Positions 56,032 through 64,000 of a stretch of 64,000 bases of DNA are shown piece by piece; positions within the stretch are counted from its first letter, which is position 1, and each line of letters opens with the position of its first letter. Made by a program: the position numbers and the translations under genes. Source of the DNA: a virus; IMG/VR virus record IMGVR_UViG_3300037247_001096, positions 9,134 through 73,133 of that record, one strand, 5' to 3'. The notes beneath the pieces were generated by a model that had not been told where the DNA came from, ran no database searches, and saw nothing but the letters and a program-made list of their open reading frames with translations.

Positions 56032-59000
56032 CTACAAGACCCACCACTCTGTACCGTCACTGATGACCGTAATGGCCTCATATTGAGTGGTGAGAACTGC
56101 CGTTGCTGCGCCATCAATGGTCTCAGCCCCGTCCCCGTCGATAGTCACTGTATTTGCGGTAGCGTCAATCTTCTTTACCCAGTATACCTTACCTGTGTTG
56201 CCAACCGCAGTGGGTAGTGTAAGAGTGAACGAAGCAGCGGCGGCATCAGCAATAACTACTTCATCAGAAGTCGTAATAGTGTAGTCTCCCGACTTGGCAA
56301 TCAGAGGTTTGTGGGCGAGGAGATCGCCAGCAACCTCAAGCTCCCCAAAAACTTTCGCCTTCCCTGCTTCGTCCACGGTGAATAGGTCGGTGGCTCCAGC
56401 AACAGTCGTCGCATTGTGCATGACCCGGAACAGGTCGGTAGTCGAGTTGTTGTCCGAGTCGATGATGAAAGCAATGTCGTTCCAATGGAACCCACGAAGA
56501 GTGTTCTCAGCCGAGGCGATAGCCACTGCCTCGTCAGATTGGAGGAAGACACTCCCTGTAAACCGCATAGATGCTGTCTGCCACGTACCGGCGGCGGCTC
56601 GGTCAAGTGTCGTATCCAGGGCATCTCCGCCGCCTGGCCCCATACTAATCCGCCCACCACCCGCAATAGTCGTAAAGGTAATGCGAGCATTGGCTTCGCC
56701 CGTGACAAACAGATTGAAAGCGCTCGTGCCTTGTGCCCCAACCATAAGAATGCGGCCGCTATCCGTCACGTGGATGCCCCGGACATTGCCTGAGTCCTCC
56801 AGGTGGAAGATTTCCTCTCCCCCTAAGTGGAAGCGCGGCTCGTCACTACCCGAATCGTAGGTGATGTAGAACTGGCCGGCTGTGTCCTCGTTGTCTCCCC
56901 CAAAGTAGAGCCTGCCGGCACTGACGATGTCCACGTCGGTGTGAAATTGTAGACGGTTATCCCAATCGGGGCCGGCATTGATCTGGAGAAACTTATCGCT
57001 GCTAATGGTTACGTCGTAGATGTCTAGCGGCTGGGTATGGGCGACGTTGACTGTCCCCTCCACACCCCGGTCAACGGTAATGGTTGTACCGGTTGGCGTA
57101 CCTGTAACCTTCAGCCACTCATCTTCGATGGAGATGATGTCATCGGCGGCAAAGACGCTAGAGTCGGAAACGGTGAGCGTTGTGGCTACGTCGGTACAAT
57201 TGACCGTCAGATTTGCAGTACTGTCGGCAAGGCTCGACCCTCGCGTGTAGAAGTGGAGATGTTCGCGGCGAGGGCTGTGAATAGTATCGCGCCGCCCGTG
57301 TGCCTGAAGGCTGAGAAGGAGCTTATCCGTTCCCGTCCACTCAGCCTGGTTGGAGGGGCCAAAGAAGTAGATGATCGCCCGCCCCCAGTCGATGTCGGGA
57401 GGAATCTCTATGCGGCCGTTCTCGAAATGGACGAGTTCGAGGTTGACCCCAGCACTACCCGTGAGCTCGTTGATTGTGTCGGTTAGGAGGGCGGTCGAGT
57501 TCAGACGTAGGTACTCAGTCGAACCGATGACCCATGTGAAGTAGTTACTGGCCCTGTTGTACTCCACGTAATCGTTCGCGTCGACTGTAATACGGGGGTT
57601 GGAGGATACGATGGTGAAAGCATAGTTGGAGTCGTTGTTAATGAACAACCTTATGGCGGTCAGGTCGCCGTCGGTGGTGTTACCCGGGGCGGAACACGAT
57701 CCCACACGAAGGTAGCCCACAACTCCTGCGTCTCCTGAGACGCAGAGGTCGCCAGCAATATCAAGGTCGCCGGGAATCTCCCATGCCGGCCCCACATAGC
57801 AGTCCGACCAGGCACCATCACAGGAGATAAGCCCTAGGTGGACGGGTGGGGTGTTGGCAACGTCAGCGATCTCAATCATGGGCACAGGGGTGCCTACCGA
57901 TGTGGTCGCTCGCCCGTGAAAGCCGTCGATGACAATGGGGTCTGTCCTGGGTGCTGCGAAGGCATAGAAGTAAATGAGCCGGTTATCCACGCGGTTAGTT
58001 GTCACAAAGACGTTCTGGAAGATGGCGTACTCACCAATGTACCTATCGCCTACGTTCGGCCCCTGGGTGAAAAGAGTACCACCCGCTGCCGTAAAAGTAA
58101 TGGCTAGGTCACGGAAGTACGCCTCTATCGCGTTGCCCCAGACGAAAAACTCCGTGGAGGTGACCGTATGGTGACCGCCCGTGACACGAATACTGGCAGT
58201 CCAGGCGCCTTCGTAATCGCCGAGCTGGTCAATTCGCCCATCCCAGGACAAGTAGCAGTCGTCAATGGCAATAGTACCCCCGGATCCACTAGAGCTTGTC
58301 GACCGGATAATATTGGTGAGCGAGCCGGTACAGTGTTTGAGGTTCTTATCCCCATTTGCAAGGCCAGCCGCAAGTGTAGTGCTATCAATGGCACGGGTGT
58401 CGAAGTCGCAGGACTCAAAGGTCATTGCAAGCAATGGGATGCCCGCACCGCCTGCAACCTGGAGAAAGATGTCATAGGTGGCAAGGATGCTGGCGGTGAA
58501 GCGGATATTGTGAAATCGCAGGGAGCAATCTGTGTCCTTGTCGTAGGTGAACATCGCCCCAACTGAACTGGAGGTAGGCAGGGCGGAGCGTTGGTCGGGT
58601 GCGCCCCAAATCGTAATGACTTTTGAAGACACCTGAGCCCCCAGCGCGTGGGCTGCCGCGGGAACGGGCTCTGTGTGGGTGGTGCATATCCAAATCGTCT
58701 TACGGCCACCTGCGGTCAGGGCGGCAGCCATCGCACCACTGGCACCGAATAGAGTCAGATGGGTACCCATTCCATTGGAGTCCACCACGTAGTCAACGTT
58801 GACACCTTCACCTCCCGAGTGGACAACCTGTACTTCCACCACACCAGTGTAGACACGGCCGCCCACGGTGGCGGAGGTGCGACGGACACGCGGTCGGAAG
58901 AAGTGCGGCCCAGTCAGCCCAGTGAACTGGACGGTACCGTTGCGCCCGGTCGTCGCAGTGGCGGATACATCAGGCCAGCTATTGAGGGAGACGGCCTCCA

Positions 59001-59061
59001 CCACCACGCCCGCTATGGGCCTTTTTTCTTCGTTTACCGTTGCCACCCTATATGCTGCCAT
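56032..59061 (-). CDS. Tail spike/fibre protein (1009 aa)
   Basis: Beta-helix-like middle and a C-terminal FTLTLP.A....G....KK.D...N.VTI...ETIDG domain. Confidence 0.82.
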   Translation of the reverse strand: MAAYRVATVNEEKRPIAGVVVEAVSLNSWPDVSATATTGRNGTVQFTGLTGPHFFRPRVRRTSATVGGRVYTGVVEVQVVHSGGEGVNVDYVVDSNGMGTHLTLFGASGAMAAALTAGGRKTIWICTTHTEPVPAAAHALGAQVSSKVITIWGAPDQRSALPTSSSVGAMFTYDKDTDCSLRFHNIRFTASILATYDIFLQVAGGAGIPLLAMTFESCDFDTRAIDSTTLAAGLANGDKNLKHCTGSLTNIIRSTSSSGSGGTIAIDDCYLSWDGRIDQLGDYEGAWTASIRVTGGHHTVTSTEFFVWGNAIEAYFRDLAITFTAAGGTLFTQGPNVGDRYIGEYAIFQNVFVTTNRVDNRLIYFYAFAAPRTDPIVIDGFHGRATTSVGTPVPMIEIADVANTPPVHLGLISCDGAWSDCYVGPAWEIPGDLDIAGDLCVSGDAGVVGYLRVGSCSAPGNTTDGDLTAIRLFINNDSNYAFTIVSSNPRITVDANDYVEYNRASNYFTWVIGSTEYLRLNSTALLTDTINELTGSAGVNLELVHFENGRIEIPPDIDWGRAIIYFFGPSNQAEWTGTDKLLLSLQAHGRRDTIHSPRREHLHFYTRGSSLADSTANLTVNCTDVATTLTVSDSSVFAADDIISIEDEWLKVTGTPTGTTITVDRGVEGTVNVAHTQPLDIYDVTISSDKFLQINAGPDWDNRLQFHTDVDIVSAGRLYFGGDNEDTAGQFYITYDSGSDEPRFHLGGEEIFHLEDSGNVRGIHVTDSGRILMVGAQGTSAFNLFVTGEANARITFTTIAGGGRISMGPGGGDALDTTLDRAAAGTWQTASMRFTGSVFLQSDEAVAIASAENTLRGFHWNDIAFIIDSDNNSTTDLFRVMHNATTVAGATDLFTVDEAGKAKVFGELEVAGDLLAHKPLIAKSGDYTITTSDEVVIADAAAASFTLTLPTAVGNTGKVYWVKKIDATANTVTIDGDGAETIDGAATAVLTTQYEAITVISDGTEWWVL

Positions 59062-59124
59062 GTTTCCTGTTTACTCCGTCAGATTTCGACCTGAGCGCCG
59101 GGAAGCGCTATCTCCGCAGGTATC

Positions 59125-59670
59125 CTAGCTGTGCGGGCTCCCAAAGGGCGCCCGGGAAATGACACTTGCGCTCTGGTTCCACGCCAACCCCAAAACGAAG
59201 TCCCTCCGAGTCATGAGGTCGTCTTCCCAGAGGTCAATAACCTTCATCCCCTGAGACATGAGTTGCACCTTCATAATGGCGTCTCTCGCGCGGTCTTCCG
59301 GCTGCTCCAGGTGCCAGCGCTCCCCCATCACCCGCCAGCCTTCCAAGCGGGTAGGAAGATAGTAGTCGAGAATATAGCCTCCGAAGCGAGTGCGGCCGCC
59401 AAAAACGGGGTGTTGGAAATAGAAGTCCACGTTGGGCACTTGCTTCTTCTCGATGACCAGAAACTCAAAAACCAGGAACTCGGGCAGGGAACCGTTGTAC
59501 TGTGCCTTCCACTCTTCGTACCGGGCCAGCAGCGCCTCGTCCTGTTCCGGGGGGATTGGGATTTCGGGGCCGGCGGGAGGACGCGGCTCCTCTCTCTGAC
59601 CAGGCACACGGGGTCGACGGGGGGCCACAAGGGTGGGGCGGACTGATAGTTCCGACGGTCTTCTAGCCAT
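59125..59670 (-). CDS. Vsr/DUF559-like endonuclease-fold protein
   Basis: S.PE..V...F.FQ...Y.LD...G..WH...RD...L...G.KV..LWE.DL. Confidence 0.7.
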   Translation of the reverse strand: MARRPSELSVRPTLVAPRRPRVPGQREEPRPPAGPEIPIPPEQDEALLARYEEWKAQYNGSLPEFLVFEFLVIEKKQVPNVDFYFQHPVFGGRTRFGGYILDYYLPTRLEGWRVMGERWHLEQPEDRARDAIMKVQLMSQGMKVIDLWEDDLMTRRDFVLGLAWNQSASVISRAPFGSPHS

Positions 59671-59679
59671 ACCCGCACC

Positions 59680-61942
59680 CTAATCCGCCACTGGCTCGAT
59701 AACTTGCAGCTCCACAAATCCCTTCCCACCCATGGCGACTCGGAACTCTGAAATGGTTGCGGGCATGTCGGTGATTCTCACGTTGATTCCACCACTCTCC
59801 ATCGACGGAATCACCAGCTTGATGAGCCGGGGGGTGTTGACTAGCGACTTCAGGAACTGCCAGATTCGCTCCGTCGTCATCGTTTCATTCCCTAGGAGAA
59901 GGTGGCGCTCCGTTGTCCGGCTCACGTCGAGGCGGATTGTCCAGGCGGTACGAATCCTCGGCTTCTTGTCGAAGAGGAGGACGAGCGCCTGGAGCTCTGG
60001 GGTTACGCCATCCTCACGGTACACATCCTTACCCGAGTCATGAGTAGCGGCCGTGGTGCTGTTATAGGCCCGCGTCACGTTCAACGTGTTCCCCGACACA
60101 GTGATGGAGGTAACCAGCATCTGCTCGGTGTCGACGCGGATAACGTCCCCCACCCTGAAGACGACGCTATCGTCTACATCAATGCCCGTCTCTGAATCGT
60201 CCAGGGCTTCTGTGAGGTTTTGCTGGGAGTCCGAGAACTTGACGCCGATACCCCGGTCGAGTGTGATGCGGAATTGAACCGACTTGAAAGCGACCCCCCT
60301 GTGGTCGGTTGCGAACCTGATTTCCTGCTTATTCGCCGTGTAGGTACCCAGGGTTTTGTAGCTAGCATCCTCATCATTGTTCAGGCGGTACTCGACCTTC
60401 ACGGTTTCAGTACTGGTGATGTGATAGCCATTGATGGACATCCGTAGGAGGGCGCCTTCCAGCTCGGAGAACCCTCCATCGAACCAACCCGTCTCAAAGG
60501 GGAGGGGGCCGTCCTCGAAGCGCTGCCCCGCGCCACGGAAGGGGATGTCGCCAGTGGTGGGCAGGTGGAAGGTGTGGAGTGTGAAGTCCGTGCCACTCTG
60601 GTCGTCGAGAGCGGCAATATCAATCGCCCGCGTCGTCGCATTCAAAGAGAGACTTGTAGGAAACAGGTCGAGCGTCCCCGCGTAAGGCTGCGACGAAGCT
60701 ACCTCGGGGCCGAACCAGCTCCACCCTACCCCATTGTAAACCGCCAGTCGCCAGCTCCTAGGCGATGTGAGGCTCCGACAGATGGCGAACAGGTCGCCCG
60801 TGCCCGGGATGAAGTGAGAGATTTGGTAGTCATTAGAGGCCCCGGCGTGACCCGTGTCCTCAATCCAACTCGTGGGCGGCCCGTCCTTACCAAACATCCC
60901 AATGCGCCGCACCGTCTGGGCATTGCCGGGGTTGTACTCCCACACATTCCAACCATCAGAGACGATGACAGAACCGTTCCACACCGTCCCCAGAAGGAGG
61001 CGATTCCGGTCACCTACATCCTTGATTTCGATGGCGTTATAGACGTACCAATCGAGTACCCAGAGCCTGTTCAGACTGAGGAAGTAGATAGCGCTGGCGC
61101 CCCAGGGAGCCATTGCCGTACCCAAGAAGGCGACGGCCTGATCACCCGTGCGCCAGTGGGGGTCGAGTGCCCCGGCCGAGTCGACGAGCCATGCTTTACC
61201 ATCGACCGAGCCAATAATCTGGTCGCCTTCACCATGGGCAATAATCAACCCATCCCAGACGATAGCCTCTGAGAGCTGCATTGAGGCGTTGGCCGAGGGG
61301 GTAGCCGGGATGTCGGAGGATTTCGTCCAAGACGTACCATTCTCCGAGCGAGCATACTCCGCCGACCCACTACCAGAAGTGCCCGTGGCGAGTAGGAAGC
61401 GGGTTCCATCCGACTCACGACTCTCCACAATACGGCCGAACCGGATACCGGCCTGCTGGTAGCGGCGCGTCAGGGTCGCCCGTTCTGAGTCCAGCGTAAA
61501 AATAGCGTCCAGCACGCCGAGGTACAGGTTACCGGCCGAGTCTGGCCCAAGGTCGGTGTGGTAGGCCGCCTCGTGGTGGAAGAAGAGTGTCCCAGTACCC
61601 GGGTCAGCATTGGGGTCAATGGTATCCCGGCGTGGGGGCAGAGTGATGTGGCGCGGGCGCCGTAGGTCGACACCGCCGGCGTTGTCACCAATGTGTGCCC
61701 CCTGCCTCCCTCACATTAGAGTGGCGGAAGCCGAATCCCCCGCTGAAGTCGGAGAATACAATCCAGTAGGCGTGTTCTCTTTCATCGTAAGTTGCGGGGC
61801 CTATTTTAAGGCCAGTCGCAAATTCTGAGACCATGCCTCCTCGGATAGGGCCGTTGACGACGAAGGCCACTCCGTTCAGGAGAATTTCGTTATCTTGGTA
61901 TTCTGCATTGTCAACTACAGCGTCGGAGCTATGCGGCGACAC
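59680..61942 (-). CDS. Tail tubular protein B/nozzle-like protein split by a +1 frameshift at 61687
   Basis: The 85-aa ORF ends TGG-TGA-C. The +1 frame continues DNAGGVDLRRPRHITLPP... without a stop into 59680..61515. The joined length is about 753 aa and beta-propeller-like. Confidence 0.7.
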
Positions 61943-61955
61943 ACTTCATCACCTC

Positions 61956-62837
61956 CTATCTTCCCGGGACTCGGGTGCTGTTAGGCTTCACACGGAACTC
62001 AGCCGGGTGGAGGCGCAGGAACTGCTCACTGGTCGCCATCGACTCGCGGTAAACGTTGTCCAAATGTGGGGCGCCTCCCTGCGCGTAAAGGAAGCGGGCG
62101 GCGTAGGCCGTGGCCCGCTCTACGATGAAACTCTCCATTTGGGAGTCGAGCGTGTCGGTGTCGGTGTAGACACTGGTAGGACGGCGCTGGCCAATGACCT
62201 GAAGGGGCGTGCTGGCTGTGAAGCTGAAGTAGCCAGAGTGGAAAATCAACTGCGGACGCGACCCCATAGCGGCTGTCGTCGTGTTGGCTCCGCCCGTCTG
62301 GAGCTTCAGGCGCCAGTAGGCCCGGGGTACAATGTAGTCATAAACGATGTCTGAGAGGGGTCTCAGGATGGACGCCCCGTCGCTGTGAGTTGCGGCTGTG
62401 GTGCTGAAGTACCCCCTCGTCACCGTGAGGGTGTTGGAGGAGATGGCCGTCACCAGCATGATTTCGTCGTCCACCTGGATGAGGTCATTGACCGCGAAGA
62501 TGGTGCCATCGTCGACCGTGACGGAGGTGGTGGTGGTGTCCGCGATGGCGGCACCCAACTCAGTCCCCGTGTCCACCGTATCGGCGTTCCCTACACTCTT
62601 ATCCCCAAGGCGAATCTCCTTGATGTAGGCAAAGCGGGCGGGTACGTCGTACTCGTACTCGTTGTCGAGCAGCTCGATGTTCTCAGCGTGCTCCTGTGGC
62701 AGCAGCCAGCCAGAGTTCTGTAAGTCGCGGGCTGCCCGGTTCACGAAGTTCAACAGTAGGTCGCGGTTGACTCGCTCCATCGCCCCATCCCCGATATTGT
62801 ATGCTACTTCCGTTCTGTGGAGGTCTACACTGGGCAT
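61956..62837 (-). CDS. Head-tail adaptor/tail tubular protein A-like, with an inserted beta domain
   Basis: VNRAARDL...EY..P..FAYI.EI pattern. Paralog of 63276..63878. Confidence 0.7.
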   Translation of the reverse strand: MPSVDLHRTEVAYNIGDGAMERVNRDLLLNFVNRAARDLQNSGWLLPQEHAENIELLDNEYEYDVPARFAYIKEIRLGDKSVGNADTVDTGTELGAAIADTTTTSVTVDDGTIFAVNDLIQVDDEIMLVTAISSNTLTVTRGYFSTTAATHSDGASILRPLSDIVYDYIVPRAYWRLKLQTGGANTTTAAMGSRPQLIFHSGYFSFTASTPLQVIGQRRPTSVYTDTDTLDSQMESFIVERATAYAARFLYAQGGAPHLDNVYRESMATSEQFLRLHPAEFRVKPNSTRVPGR

Positions 62838-63271
62838 CTCTTTGCCTCCTGTAAGGCCAGGTAGTATCCCTTCCTTAGGGCAAGTAATTCGATAGGCATT
62901 CCCTGTTGCCGCACATGCCCATTAGGGATGAACCCCCAATCTTTCAGAGCGGCTAGACCAAGCAGAATTTCACTCTGTTTGGTATAGGAGAAGGGTAAAA
63001 TGGCACGCAGGAAAGGTTCAATTCCCTCGGAAGTTAATGTCCAGTTCCATGCAGGTCTCCGATTCCCCCGTACCACTTTGGTGTAAAGCTGCCCTCCCCA
63101 CAATCGCTGGAGCCTTTGAAGCGTATCTAGATGCGTCATTCCTACAGTAACATGCAGGGCGTAGTTTTCCCGCCCTTTGCTCCGGTTGTTCGACCGAAGG
63201 GCACAGACACAACCCTCACCATCAAAGAGCCCCGCAGCCCAGGCTTTGTCTAACTCCGTGGGGTACATCAT
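62825..63271 (-). CDS. LAGLIDADG homing endonuclease (free-standing)
   Basis: WAAGLFDGEG...V.MT...L..L....GG...W.W...FL..ILP....K. Confidence 0.9.
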   Translation of the reverse strand: MMYPTELDKAWAAGLFDGEGCVCALRSNNRSKGRENYALHVTVGMTHLDTLQRLQRLWGGQLYTKVVRGNRRPAWNWTLTSEGIEPFLRAILPFSYTKQSEILLGLAALKDWGFIPNGHVRQQGMPIELLALRKGYYLALQEAKRCPV

Positions 63272-63275
63272 ATCT

Positions 63276-63878
63276 CTACCTCAGTGGCACCGCTCGCGCG
63301 TACAGGGCCGGGCGGAAGTGTGGTTGCGCCGCCAGGAGTTGGAGCAGGGTGTCGCTCTCCCCCCCTGTGGCGGCGGCAATGGCTTCAAGGTTCTGCGCAG
63401 TCGCTCCTTCGGCCTGCTGCGCTAGTTGGCGGGCGGCGGCGGATGCAGCACGTTCTCGGATGAAAGCCTCCATACCGGTGTCGATACTCCCCGACCCAAT
63501 CGCGTAGCTATCATTGGGGCGCCGGCTGCCCTGTACCCGGACAGTACCTGTCGTCACCAGGAGCTGATCGTCCCAATGGATGTTGGGTGCCGAGGAGACC
63601 ACCCGTAGGCTCCAGTGTGACCAGGGTATCCACGTATAGAAACTAGTGCCTCCCCAGATGTCATGGATGTAGGCGAAGTCTGCCGGCACTACGGAGTCTG
63701 AGCCGGCCGTCGCCGAGAGGGTCTCACTATCGGTGAGTCCGATGACGATGCCGGCGTTGATGAGATCACGAGCAGCGACGTTGATGAGAACGAGACACTG
63801 CTCCTTGGTTATCCGTTCCAGCTCCACGTCCCCTACTCGCTCGGACATTTCGCCTATCAGATCACTTACGCTAGCCAC
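63276..63878 (-). CDS. Head-tail adaptor-like protein (paralog)
   Basis: INVAARDL...VP.DFAYI.DI...ME.FI.ERA, with a GGAG RBS. Confidence 0.7.
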   Translation of the reverse strand: MASVSDLIGEMSERVGDVELERITKEQCLVLINVAARDLINAGIVIGLTDSETLSATAGSDSVVPADFAYIHDIWGGTSFYTWIPWSHWSLRVVSSAPNIHWDDQLLVTTGTVRVQGSRRPNDSYAIGSGSIDTGMEAFIRERAASAAARQLAQQAEGATAQNLEAIAAATGGESDTLLQLLAAQPHFRPALYARAVPLR

Positions 63879-64000
63879 TGCTATCTCCCGGGCACCACTC
63901 TGGACTTGGGATGGAGTCGATACTCCACCCCCCGCTCCTGGAGGAGGTTCTCACTCTTGAGCCAGCTTTCCTGAACCAGTTCACTGTACCGTGCACCCTC

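Noticed and set aside
52106-59061. Diversity-generating retroelement acting on tail fibres
   Set aside because: No reverse transcriptase and no TR/VR repeat pair were noticed.
1-64000. Stop-codon reassignment or a prophage/integrase module
   Set aside because: Long genes are intact under code 11 and TAG/TGA stops couple to downstream starts. No integrase, repressor cassette or host genes were recognised.

Overview
This window is most of the genome of a tailed dsDNA phage with high GC content, probably podovirus-like. No host genes, integrase or CRISPR array were seen. Two divergent arms start at about 14.9 kb. The leftward (minus) arm has small basic proteins, TerL, portal and putative ejection proteins, including a >1296-aa ORF that runs off the left edge. 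Minus-strand tail genes resume at the right edge (64 to 51.6 kb), so the capsid genes probably lie in the missing segment. The rightward (plus) arm has many small early genes, then SF2 helicase, DnaB, primase, gp32-like SSB, RecA, split Rad50/Mre11, resolvase, UDG-fused PolA, nucleotide-metabolism genes and lysis genes. Seven homing-endonuclease-like genes are scattered through the window. The most notable observations are: (1) an 83-nt RNA resembling a tmRNA tRNA-like domain with no mRNA domain, followed by a second tRNA-like module; (2) a ~300-nt structured RNA with its own promoter and terminator at the head of the late arm; (3) a degenerate, apparently catalytically dead second family-A polymerase; (4) four identically spaced sigma28-like early promoters; (5) an iteron-like repeat family shared by two loci; (6) a +1 frameshift and a G15 tract in tail genes. 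All calls come from manual motif reading and no database searches were run.
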